A stretch of 63,944 nucleotides of DNA, counting the filler, from Choristocarpus tenellus KU-1152 (lineage: Eukaryota; Protista; Phaeophyceae), in assembly GCA_964200185.2 (NCBI GenBank). It is 16 parts of 16 records of this genome, joined end to end, with 100 filler letters (N's around TTAATTAATTAA, not from the genome) between each part and the next. Parts side by side here need not be neighbours in the genome. Positions count along the whole stretch, not along the records: positions 48,393 to 52,281 come from CAXNAD020017339.1; positions 52,382 to 55,377 come from CAXNAD020023054.1; positions 55,478 to 59,730 come from CAXNAD020015467.1; positions 59,831 to 63,944 come from CAXNAD020016139.1; 12 more parts are not named here. One strand, 5' to 3'. Positions 51,536-63,944 of the stretch are shown in pieces. The position numbers were made by a program, and so were the translations under genes. Every line of letters starts with the position of its first letter. Position 1 is the first letter of the stretch. The notes under the pieces were generated by a model that made no database searches, was not told the DNA's origin, and worked only from the letters and a program-made list of their open reading frames with translations.

Positions 51536-52712
51536 TATTATTATGACAATAGGAACAATGTGTGCAACTTCAGGGATTTTTTAAACACCATTCTTTCCAC
51601 AAGAATTTGGGACAATTTGGGGGTTCGCCCGTCATATTTGTTACATTTTGATCGGTTGGGTGCGACTCGTCTTGACTGGGTTGGTCCAGCTAACTTACCA
51701 CTTTACCCAGCACCGTCAGCGGATTGAACTGGACCAACCCCAGATAATGTTTTTAAACAGGAAGACCGTTTCAGGACCATCAGAGTTTTTAATCGGACTG
51801 GACTGAAGGGTGATCTCGGTCAAGTATGCATTTATGTTTTAATTTGGTTGATCTAGGGCTACCAAGATGGCGATGTGTGTCAGCTATTGGACCAGTGAAA
51901 AGACTCTGCTTACCTCCTTCCACCCTGAAAAACATACCACCAGTATACATACGTTTGGATCGCCTCACCTTACTTTCCTATCTAAATTACCCCATGTTAT
52001 TGTGCTGGCGCATGCATATAGACGATTACGTGCACCACAAGCAACAACTGTTGATGATGACGATGTAAAACTTTGAAGTATAGAATATTAAGTATTAATA
52101 GCACGCAACCATCATTGTCGTTTATTTGCTTCATTACGACTTTCTGGATGAAACCATTCCATTGTTATTTTCATTCCACTATTTTATCATCTTTTCGATT
52201 ATTACTATTACTGTCAGGGACAGGTTCCTTTTTGGGATCGCCGACACACACTGTATGTATAAGACGCGCGGTCAGATACAANNNNNNNNNNNNNNNNNNN
52301 NNNNNNNNNNNNNNNNNNNNNNNNNTTAATTAATTAANNNNNNNNNNNNNNNNNNNNNNNNNNNNNNNNNNNNNNNNNNNNAAAATAAATAAATGGAAAT
52401 GGGTTTATTTGAAGGGGGGGGGGGGAGGGCAGATCGCAACAAACCATATCTCGGGCGTGACTGAGAATTTCGTACAAAGAGGTCGATCATCATATAACGT
52501 CAATACATACATGTGCTAAGTGGTAGCTTCTTCTACTTGGTGACGATAGCAATAATTGATAAACAATTTAATAAAATGGGAAAATAACACTTGTCAGTCA
52601 ACCATCCATAATGAAGATGAAATACCGCCCCGAAAAAAACTACTTCGAAGTACTATTTTTTTCTACCACATCCATCATCGACAGTCAAACGACTCCACCC
52701 ACCGCACTAATT

Positions 52713-52967
52713 ATTCAAGTAAGCAATCCAACGCAGGGCACACATGTGCACGACGACCAAACGAAATCATTGCCGCCTCCCACACACTGTCCTACTACCA
52801 CCTTGGGCACGGATTCCCATTCAAAATGGGGTCCTTAAAAAGTGCCGCAACATTTACAAAAAAAAAACATATGGACACTTTCTGCGCACCATTTTCGGTC
52901 AAACCTATCCTCAATTTTTGAAATCGGCTGTTGTATGCTCCATCCTCAATTTTGCTGAGAGGCTGTT
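52713..52967. mobile_element. Family C right end, with doubled terminus
   Basis: Ends ...CCTCAATTTTTGAAATCGGCTGTT (52932), then a second CTCCATCCTCAATTTTGCTGAGAGGCTGTT (52967). Confidence 0.8.
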
Positions 52968-53086
52968 AGTTGGAAAGAGCACAAAAAAACGCATTTTCTG
53001 ATAGTTCACCAGTTGTTGATGGGTTGCAGGACACCAGCAGCTTGGAGTGATGATCTCAAAAACGAATTTCTGACTGCTTCACCTAG

Positions 53087-53217
53087 AACAGGGGATTTCA
53101 AAAATTGAGGATGGAGCTTTTCATTGAGGATGGGCTTCACCCAAAATTGACTGGGAGAAAGTGTCGATATATTTTTTTGTATTACAAAACCATCCTCAAT
53201 TTTTGAAATCCCCTGTT
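53087..53217. mobile_element. MITE family C short copy
   Basis: Perfect TIR AACAGGGGATTTCAAAAATTGAGGATGG ... CCATCCTCAATTTTTGAAATCCCCTGTT; flanks CTAG/CTAT. Confidence 0.9.
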
Positions 53218-56200
53218 CTATCCATTGCTCACAGAATACCAACAGATGACTTGTTGAGAGGCAACTTTTACCCATTGCGAAACACATGGTTGCGGTTTCA
53301 AAGACACCCAAGGGATTTATACGTATATTGATTATCTATTGAAGAACTAGTCCTCTTCCAACGGTCCCAGGATGCATACCAAAGAGGTGACTTGAGCAGC
53401 AGTATCATTCAGTATAATTGGTAGTGAAACAGACAGCAGGATCAGTTTCAAAGTTGTTGGAAGGATCTATCCAAATCTAATCGATGACTGTTTCACTAGT
53501 CTGATCATAAGGATGTATGATAAGGTGACTCAAGTGCCAAATACGTTCAATTGAAAACACTATTTCACTGGATGGGCCCGATCCATCTTTGCCATGTCAA
53601 TCCAGGTGTAGTACATATTCATCCCGTCTTGTCAAAGATTTTGACCTGACTTGACTGCAGTCTGGGCCTCATAACACAGGTGGTTGAGGGCTGATATGGT
53701 CCAATAGAAGCTCTGGCACAAAGACGCATACATACATATTGTTTTATACTTGTGTCATACAGGCACATATGCGCCTACTGTACAGATGAATACATCAAGT
53801 TACTCTAAACTCACATGGTAGTTTGTTCTGGAGATTTGTCAAACTCTGGAGCATTTCAAAGTAACAGTATGTTCCTCCTCTTTCACAACACATGTATGCA
53901 TGCATGGGAGCAGTACCTCTAGCTTCATATCCGTCTTGAAACTTTAAGGCAAACAGGTTGCTAGTACGAGCAAGAAAGAAGTAAGAAGCAGAGGAGGAAC
54001 GAGCTCCTTGCCTGCCTTGGCGACACAAAAAAGACTCATTGAACAAATATCAGAAAAAGATAGGACACTTGAAAAAAAAAAATGTGGTTGGTTTGACTGA
54101 GCAATTAGATACTACCTTCAAGTCAAGAGTCTGGTTGGTTGGAGAATACTTCCAGCATGCTGTTAAAGAAGTTTTGATCATATTACCATTTACTGGAAAG
54201 AACATGTGATGGAGATATCGGGCCTGCCTCTTGACATCTGCTATAAAGAAAGAATCAACAGAACAAATCGTGAATGCTTGCACACAGACCGGAAAGAACG
54301 GGGGATATAAATTGCCCTTGCCCCATGGCAACATAAAAAAGTAACAACTAAGGCATATCTGTGAAGTGAGACCCATGGCCCCGAGTAAAGCCCATCCCAT
54401 AACAAACCTCCCTGATGCTGTGCTCACAAGGCAAGGCTGCCTCTCAGCAATCAAAACAATTTGTATCCATTAAAAATAAAACCTTCCAGCTCACTTCCTA
54501 ACTACCCACTTGCTTGATGGGCCGTGACTATTGGAGGGCATCGTGTGCAAAGGGTCATCACACCATTGGTTTAATGGGGGCCCTCATGCCATGCTTGCTC
54601 CAAATTAGCCCACGCCCATCTTCCCCCACATCCACTTGTGCTTGACTGACGAATGTATGTGCTCCAGTGTGCATGCCTCATTCAAGGTCAGCCCTTTCCT
54701 TAAGCAGACCAGACAAAACGGCAGTGCAACAACAAATGGATTACAACAACAAAAAAACTCAAGAAGAATGATCGCAAAGCTCAACCATGGACACTGTTTC
54801 ATCCATTCACCACCCACTATCCACACCTCCACTTCATGAAACCAAAACAACCACACGTAGTCACAAAAAAATAAAAAACCTAAGAGGAATTACATTAAAA
54901 AAAACCCTAAGGCCATCGCTCTCCCACACACACACACCCATTAGCCATATACCTACCACTCCAATAAAAAAATACAATAAATTCAATGCAACTAAGACAT
55001 ACCCTGTCGAAACAAACACACATCCCCACCATCAATCATCAACCATGTGTGTTTGGGAGGTGGACCGAAATATGAACCATACTTCAAAACGTATACACAT
55101 GTTGCCCTACCAATGTGCCTCACCCTTTCCCTCTCAACCTGTTCACACACACAACCGAAGGTTCAATTTTGCTTCCCCCCCACCTCCCCAGCCCCCCACC
55201 TCCTCCCTCCCCCAAATCTCCCAACCTTTCGACCAATCGTTCATCCCGTTTGTACAGACCGGCTACGTCAACAAAGGACGCCTTGCAGCTACACGGTTAT
55301 CTCTTCCATAACACATGCAGTCACAACCGCTGACACCGCAAACATCGTGGGTCTCAAACCACTGTGAAATATGCTGTNNNNNNNNNNNNNNNNNNNNNNN
55401 NNNNNNNNNNNNNNNNNNNNNTTAATTAATTAANNNNNNNNNNNNNNNNNNNNNNNNNNNNNNNNNNNNNNNNNNNNCTGTCTTGCCCGGTGATTCTCTT
55501 CGCCACCCTTGCCTGAGTGAACCACGCCGCCACAGAATCACACGATTCACATCTACGAATGAAAATAATGTGTTACAGATTTCACCATCCATACATTAAG
55601 ATAATTGCTTGATTGAAACATAATATTTTCCAAATGATCTAATTTTGGAAAGTAGGAATATAAATTATATGGAGGGAATTTCAGTTTACAGAAAAAGAAC
55701 AACAGATCGATCTGTAACCAATCAACACTGTGTGGAAGAAGTTGGTCTTCAATATTTGTTTTGCTTCGTTCTTAGTTTGGATCGCCCTTTTTGTTCCATC
55801 TTTGACCCTTTTGATGAGCATGAGACAAAACTCTTCCTAAACCCCTTCCCAAACCTGTTCCCAATCCCCTTCCACCTCCTCTCCCTCAATTAAACAAAAG
55901 CACTTCCTACTGAAGGTTACGTTGCTGTTTCTGCGATGAAGGCCTCAACTCTCGTCCTGTCCTTCCTCCTCCCTTTCCCAACTGCGGCAACATGCAGCAC
56001 AGCGGGCCATGATGCGGATTACTCCGAGACAATCACGCGAGTTTATTCCCGTTGGAGTAATGTAACCTTCACAGGACCCTCTTAATATTCTCTTACAATA
56101 ATTTCGTTCGACACCCATCCCACGATCCCCTCTCATGTTCAAACATACGTCTTCGGATGGGGCAGAGATAATCTCTCCTTATTTGAATATCGCATGTTTT

Positions 56201-59022
56201 CTAGGAGAGAACGTATATCCCACCATCCACCCTTCTACATCCTCACCACACACACACAATCAAATCCCTATCGCTTTTACTTCGTGACGAGACCGTAGAA
56301 CTTCTTACAGGATAAAATTCCGTTTTCAAACGGTGTCATTACTCAGATAGGAACGAACCCAGTATGTCGTAGGAGTAGAGGAGTTTTTGTTTGTTTTACG
56401 AACCCTATGAGAAAAGCAGTCCATCGAATTTGCGAGGTATCCATTCTTGGTTTATTTTTCTATTTAGAAACCAGGCGTTACCCTGCCGCACGATCGTTTG
56501 AACGACCACCCCTACAGGTCGCTGCAGATATAATCTGTAGCACCGATCCTCCAATTAACCTTCCGCATCCCCTCACTCCATACCTACACTTTTATCTCTG
56601 GGTTTGTGTTTTAATATCTTGTGATGCCGTGGAGATGGCAAATTTTCTTCTATGTGAGATCTCGTTCCTATCTTTTTTGCATCCATATCCGTAGACCCAG
56701 TTATCCCTTTTCTGGCACCGCAATTCCCATGTCCTCGCTTGCAGTGGCTCTGGTGTTACAACGCCATGCATCGTAGCAACGACCAGTGGCTGAACCAACC
56801 ACATCAATTCTCTTGTTGGAGAAAAACGTATCAATGCTGAGGTAAGGTGTGGCGGTTCAAATGCTCTTTCATCAGTGAGTAGTCTCCTTCGATGAATCCG
56901 TGTTGTGAGAGAGTAATGAGAGGATAAAATATGATCGAGTCATGCGCTTGAAGCTGGATAACCAGGATCTGTGAGGAAGACGGGGCATGCACGACTTCTG
57001 ACATTCTTCTTTTCTTTATTTCTGAACTTCCTTCAGGGTGTTATCCTAGAAGTAGTTCCAACTGTGCATTTTGTCGTATGTTTCTTGTTCTCAGATATAA
57101 TGCAGCAACTGTTACACAATGTGAAAGGCGCTGGTTAACTTTTTTTAATGTACTACTGTACAAATATTATTGGTGTAGATAAAAGGTTAACATGGTGAAC
57201 AATATAGACCTTGTTACGTTTGTTGTATTCTTTCCTTATGTGTTTGTTTAGTATTCCCTAAGTTTTCACCCGCAATTTTTTGGCACCGACAAAATCTTAG
57301 TGAGAGTAAAACATTGCATAGCAACGAGATCGAGGCGTAGAGAGCACAATTTGGAAAGCAACCTTGATATAAACCAAGGCAAAAAACACACATAGTCTAG
57401 TATGTCCCCAAGCTGTACTGACAACTCTGATCTTAGGTCTTCTCTTCTGGTGTCACGATCCCAGCCTATCCCATGTTCATCGATTCTGCCAACTCATCAA
57501 TTAGTCTTGGAAGGACTCACGGTAGCATTGTAAGAGCGCTAATGGAGTGTTCATGTATGGGTGAGCCTTCGAAACACCGCAAGAAAGAGAAGAGAAGGAT
57601 TGCAAAGGAATTGTTGTCTCTGTGACCTGGATCAAACATCAATCCTACGATGGTTGATCAGAGAAGCTAAGCAGGACAGTACTAATGAGATTAATAAAAT
57701 AGTGAACGGTGTAATCTAAAGGAATGCAAACGAGAGCATAGAACTTGTGGATGGGCATTCTAAATGCATACTGTGTATGTTACAGGGTGGAAGTCTCGGT
57801 AGGACCTCCATGTTGCAGCGCGCCCCAGAAAGCTTACCTCCACAGGATGTATAGCTCCAATCTACGGGCCTATAGATGATACTGATGCACATATAGGACT
57901 CCTGATGCACAAGTCGTCAAGTATGCTAGATCTCTCACTTGGATTATTTTCAATATCATCGTATAACGAAGGAACTGATCAACAATGTCTTATCACAATC
58001 GGGGGCCATAATGACCAAATAATAAATAAATAATCATGAAGTACAAATATATCAAATCTAGAAGTTCAATGTCATAATGGTGTTTATGAAACTGCCATCA
58101 AGACATATCGCCTGTAACATGTATTGAAGTCCCTTCTCTGAGAAGGTGAAGTAAGACGGTGTGTGCATCTTGCTGTTGGACCACACAAGGAGGTGCCATA
58201 GGCACAATGTACTGTTTTTTGTGTGATCTACTCCTAGACTCTTCAAAGCATGATCATGTACAACGGTATGTAGTAAATAAGCAGTAATTATTTATACATT
58301 AGTGTACATTGAAGTGGAATAACACCACAGGTGCAAGAAAATTTGGCCAAATGGCGAAGTAATCTTATGACTGTACGTTGCTCCCCTTTCCGGACCATGC
58401 TGCAGAGCGGGCTTAAAAAGAAACCCCCAAAATGGATGCAATTCCCTCCTATATCTGGTATGTGGTATTATTTACTAGTGAAACAGATATACCACAGGAG
58501 CAGTATTATTGCTGAGAAGTAAAGGTATGTTCCCCGTCCAGGGTAGCTATACTAACCCTTCTATCTCAATGCTCAAAAATTTAAGACAGAGGAACAATAT
58601 GATACATGTGTGTTCTTTCATGTGGCACGTAATATCGTACTCTATACACACACCATAGAACGTGGTTGCCATAAATGTTATCAGGATGTCAAAGGCAAGG
58701 TCAACTCCATGATTATAGCACTTTTTTCTTAGCCTACACGAATCCACTGGGTAGTTTGCTGCTGTTCTGCGATATCTAGGTCACATTGCCATGGTGCAAC
58801 GAAGGAAGTTCAAATATCCAGAATGGCGCTTTTTCGCATCTCACCCATTGTTGTGTCAATGGCAAAAGAAATTTGATGCTTCCTTGTGTACACATACACA
58901 CATATATATATAGACATGGATCAATGTTCTGACTCAATTTATCATACCTTCATCTCCTCCCCTATATCTCCTCACCAACTCACTCGTCATATGCACACGT
59001 TCATTGTATAATATACACTTAG

Positions 59023-59227
59023 CGCTTTTGCGGGGAGGTTGGAGACTGTGGACTTTGAAAGCTCTCAGTACCTTGGAGGCTGACATATTTGATCTGTGTA
59101 GAGGCCATAGCGATCCCACAGGAGGATATCACTACCATAATGTGCCTGCGCGTGCTTTGAGGAGCAGCTTAGACTTGCCCAGAGCATCGCCATCGACGAA
59201 AATTCTCCACAGATAGGTTGGGCATTT
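59023..59227 (+). pseudogene. YHYH-domain protein exon with frameshifts
   Basis: Between TTAG| and |GTGAGT the motifs SAFAG..., EADIFDLCRGHSDPTGGYHYHNVPA and CFEEQL...NSPQIGWAF require frame changes. D.C.GH...G.YHYH and SP.IGWA are YHYH-domain hallmarks. A possible degenerate upstream exon lies at about 58332-58457 (PDHAAER). Confidence 0.75.
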
Positions 59228-59899
59228 GTGAGTCAAGGGACTTTGTAGGAAATATTAATGTGAGGAAGGAGGTCAAACAGGGAGGGAATTTGTTCGGCAC
59301 AGGGAGCAAGGAGTAGGGGATACTCCAGCTTAGGAGTACATATGTGTGTGGTATACTTAGCAACATACGACGTGGACGTGATGTAGGGTTAAGACAAAAA
59401 AGACTTGACAAGGGTTTCCTTGGACCCATCTTGAGGAGATTTTTTTTTTCTGTTATACTCTTTTTGTAGTGGTAGCAGTAAACCAACTGTTACTACGTCT
59501 TTCAGTTTTTTTTTTGTCATTCTGTTGTATAAAGAGGGTACAAAATTGTATCTTTCTTATGCATAGCGTAGTTTGTCACTGGTAAGAATCTTGTTTACAT
59601 GATCCCCACTCTTGTGCTGTTTAGGGCTCGTGCGCGCACTCTTTTGCCATGGACTCTCCCCCTTCAGAACTAAAACAAAGCAACAACAGGACACTAAGAC
59701 CATAACTCACAATCACAAAAGAGATTGGGTNNNNNNNNNNNNNNNNNNNNNNNNNNNNNNNNNNNNNNNNNNNNTTAATTAATTAANNNNNNNNNNNNNN
59801 NNNNNNNNNNNNNNNNNNNNNNNNNNNNNNCACCTTCGACGCCATAAGAGCCCCTGAATGAAGAGAAGGCGGGAGCGAGCGCGTGGGTCCGGCATGCGT

Positions 59900-62800
59900 C
59901 AAACTTGACTGTGACATCACACAAGTAGTTATCGTAGGGATTCATGAAATCTCATACCTCTAACATTATAATAGTACAATGAGTGTGGAACGCAAGGCAA
60001 ATAACAAATGCAAAAAATGCAAACAATAGGAAAATCTGTAATAGAAGGAAAGACGGCAAGAATAATGTAGTGAAGACAAGTAACACCAGTATGCGATTCG
60101 CGTACAATGAAACAAAGAACTACGAAGGACCCGGGGGAAAGAACAAGAGATACAAAGGGAAATAGAAGGTACGAAGAACATGAAACAACATGGGGAAAGC
60201 GAAAAAGAAAGACACACGACATAATCCGCATCTCCTGAACGGCCGCACAATATTCGATGGGCACACGGACGGACTGATAATGGCCATAGCGGATTGCAAT
60301 AGTCTCCCGCAATACACCCCGTATTTCAGCGCTGGCGAACTCTGCAACTCACCGTTTAGGCGGTGTAATTGCGCGGCCCACGAGTGGGGCACAAACAGCG
60401 CGATGGTGCCCTGAGGATGTATCTTTACCTGCAAGCACTTAAACACCTGGCGCAAGTGTGTGTTGGTCGCCTCTTCTTCGTTGAGGAGTCTTGGCTCGGC
60501 GGCAATGGACACTATGGCGAGCTTTGGCGCATTGCGGAAGGCGAACTCTTGCAGGCGGTCTAAGGGTACCGTAGGGTCGAGAGGGCGAAGGTCGTGTAGT
60601 GCAGTGTTCTCAGTCCTGGTTGGACATCATGACACACGACACAGTAGACAGACAGCATGACAAGAAGGACAGCGTCGTAAGCAACGGTGCAGGCAATCAC
60701 ATCATTAAGTGAGGTCCTGACAATATTTCCACGGCATCCCCAAAATGTCAAGCTGTACCCTCCACAACGCCAGACCCATCAGATACATCTCGTGGAAGGA
60801 AGGTAGACGTCAAAACACTAAGTTCCATGGCCCATGGAAACCTCCAAAAAAAAGACACATCCAACGCACAAAGGACGAGCAATCCACATGATGTACAAGC
60901 AGCCAAGACCTACGTGCAAACCAACACGAAACCGAACATGCAGATACGACTTGTATGCAACCACGCCGAGACCCACATGCACTTCTCCATGTCCGCCGTT
61001 TCGCTGCGTGAGGGGGGAGGTAAAAGGCTTTGCGTCGTGGGTGACCCACCCGCGTTCCTTGTGTGAACCTTACCCTTGCCCTTGCCCTTGCCCCTGCCCT
61101 GACTCGCTGCTTCGTTCCCCACAGATCCAGACCCTTCACTGCTCTCCTGTGCCATGGGGCAATTGATACATAATCGACCCTTGTGCCTCTCGTCGCCTAC
61201 AATCTCCACGTAGGCACATTCGCCCATATGTGTGATGGAGCACTTTGGGCATGAATACCTGTTGCGCGTGTCATCGAACGAGAGCGTTAAACAGACAGGA
61301 TAGTATTTTTCCAAATAATTAATTGGGCGCAACAACACAACGCAGGGATCCACGGTTACGAAGGACCACGAAATTGGCGGCGCAAAACAGCACGAAGTAG
61401 TACAGGTGAAATACAACAGTCGGTGATGCACATGCATTAACACGCAATCGGACTGTGGCAAATAAAGAGGCGTGGGGGTAGCGACCGCAGCGCCACACAT
61501 AGAGGGACTCCGCACGTTCCACCGGTTCAGTGACATGCACCGCTGAAAAAAGACAACCTAGTTAGCCGTTCGGGGTATTGGATGGAAACCAAACTTACGT
61601 CATTAATTACCCGCCATTCCCGTATGCACCATTATAACTACATTACTCACCGAGACGTAGGTGGAGGATTGCATTCAGTACAGCAAATGCCCGCGTTCCA
61701 CCCTCTATGGCCGTTTTGTTCTTCTTCCGCACCAGGAACGCTGCCGACAGAACCCCCTTCGCCCGTATTCTCCCTGTCTGGCAGTCCATCCCTTCCCTCA
61801 TCTTCATCCCCTCCTTTGTGTTCGTCCCCTCCCTTGTCTCCATCCCCTCCTTTGTGTTCGCACCCTCCCTCGTCTTCTTTCTCATGGCCATCTGATGCCG
61901 ATCCGCTGTTGCTCTCGACGTCTGCGCCGCCACCATCACAGCCCCGCCCGCTGTGAACCCGGTGGAGTTTGACCTGGTTGAGGACATCCTGGTATTTCCC
62001 ATCCCAGGTGGTGAGGTAAGCGCGTAGAGTCGAGTCCTTCTCGAGAATCTGGCAGTGGACACGGCGGTGGACGTTGTTGAGGAGAGGAGGGGACGATGGT
62101 GACGTCAAAAAAGGGAGAGTGTAATGGAAGTACGATAGCATGTCAATCGAACAGAGCAAACGATACGGTTGACATGGTGAACATGTTTAATGGAGGCGGC
62201 TTGCGGGGCGAAATAGTTTGAATGAAGTCTATGTCGAGGACGCCAGCCTGTCTGTAGGTTACGACAGTGATACGCGTTGGAGGCAGAAACGAGGTGGAGA
62301 TTGACCAAGATCGTTGTCTACAGTTGAAGGAAACGATTGGCTATTGCCGCTATTAGCAACGAAAGACTAGAACTGACAAAACAACATCGTATGTTATAGG
62401 GAAGTCAACTCTGTCGCTCCTGATGATGACGAAGACCCATCACCAATCCTAAAAAGTGTCAACTAATTGTTTTCGTACAAGCCATTTCAGCTGTAATTAC
62501 GAACACAGGAGGCACACTCACGGCTCTGACCCGTTGCAGAGGTTTCATTCTGACTACCGCCGAGATGTTTGCCCTCAGCTGCCGGATGGGCCCCGCTTGT
62601 TGGTCGCCAGATGAAACATTCTGCAGAAGTTGGGCCACGTCCCTCTTCCTCTCCTTGTAGTGAGGCTTGACCCTGATGTCGTGCATATTGCACTTCTCAT
62701 ATGTTTCCCTGGCAGCCCGTGCCACATTCACGTAACGTCCGAAATTCAGAGCATTTTTTCAACAACACTAAGTGCGGTGCTGAGAGTAAATTTTTCAATC

Positions 62801-63560
62801 GAGAGGCGCATGGCGACGTATGGGTGCACAGGAGATACGGAAAAGGCAAAAGAAGATAACCGCTGCAACTGCACCATTTACCAACCTTTGGAGCAGTGGT
62901 ATCCACTTCTACTTGGGCACAATCTGCCTGGTGCGCAAGACAACCATCTCAGACATGTGCACGTCTGATTTGATGTCCTTGTAGTCCCTCGCTATAGGAA
63001 CCTTCCCGTTGAACGACTTGTACCTGCAAAAAGAGAATGGTCATGAAGGACGTCGACGAGAACGATGTGCGGGCGATGACGAGGAAAGGGTCGCCACTAC
63101 AGAAAATATTCATGGATCGATTGATGTAGTTCAGAAAAGACAAGAGCGCACATACACAGGAAATGCACACTGTTCGTAGAATTCCCACAATACTACGTAG
63201 GGTTCTTCGTTCGACACAACAATGGTCGACTACATTCTTCATCGTAGGAGACACGTATTTAACGTTCCTGTGCAATATGCTGCGACCTGCACACATTGCG
63301 CTTACTGCTGTCTACACGGTAAAACACAGTGGCGGTTTGACTTGCCTAGCAAGCAGATGGATGCATAGCCCCTGCTTGAGAGAAGTGAAGCCAGCAAAAT
63401 CCTCGCGACTCAGATAGTTCAGTGTGACTGCGTTGCGGTCGACCTGTGGTGATGAGGTCTCACATTTTCCTTCAGTACCTCGAAGGACTCTGGTCGAAGG
63501 GACTTTACGCCTTGCTGCCAGTTTCGTAGAGTTGATTTCGCCGGGGGAGGAACGCCCACC
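59900..63560 (-). pseudogene. Multi-exon, short-intron gene (acidic linker, PHD-like Cys cluster, possible MTase-fold segment), partly decayed
   Basis: GT-AG bounded segments: from 63023 YKSFNGKVPIARDYKDIK (internal TAG); about 62780-62530 NFGRYVNVARAARETYEKC; about 62049-61650 ILEKDSTLRAYL...acidic; 61258-61074 YSCPKCSITHMGECAYV...LCINC; 60615-60353 PKLAIVSIAAEP...LRQVFKCLQVKIHPQGTIALFVP. Confidence 0.55.
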
Positions 63561-63944
63561 TTCGCGATGGATAGAAAACGGAAAATATTATGCGTCCAGC
63601 CATCCAGGATGAGCCATCGTTATTACCACGCCAACGGGGTATGTACGAGTGTTTGAGGGGGAGGGGTTCAGGCAACACCGCCGATAAAACAAACAAGGAT
63701 GCTTTTTATTGCTTGTCTGTGGTTAACCACACATACATACTACATGGTCACCCGAAAATCAATAAGTTGGTTGATAGGGTTCCTAAACGCGGGATAACTA
63801 TCTCAACTTAGGTAGAATAGGAGGACACAGAGAGATTTCACAACAGCTCTAACCCAACTAGAGGAGGAGTAGAGCGCCACCATCCCACCAACGTTGACAA
63901 CTCCCTCACCATTTTGTACATTTTGCGGATCTCTACTAGTGACA

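Overview
Eukaryotic, intron-containing, transposon-riddled DNA. It is not one locus: 16 short contigs (about 2.5-7 kb) are joined by an artificial 100-nt spacer (44 N + TTAATTAATTAA + 44 N), so adjacency across spacers means nothing. GT-AG introns, (CCCTAA)n telomere-type motifs and gene content suggest a stramenopile, possibly a brown alga (inference). Host gene fragments: CNOT10 (two 5' exons), a C-terminal EF-hand protein, a filamin-repeat/PA14 protein, a frameshifted YHYH exon and a low-complexity terminal exon. Much of the rest is mobile DNA: three MITE families (A and B share an AAAGTATCT TIR core; C has AACAG...CTGTT ends; 3-4 bp TSDs), and decayed relics of a Sola2-like transposase, a DD39D-type mariner, an IS630/Tc1-like transposase, a hAT and a CRE-like non-LTR element. 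The best lead is a ParB/Sulfiredoxin-like (DGNHR) ORF running directly into a transposon end. A second lead is a short-intron gene with PHD-like and methyltransferase-fold-like segments. Together they may point to an undescribed cargo-carrying DNA transposon; that link is a hypothesis.
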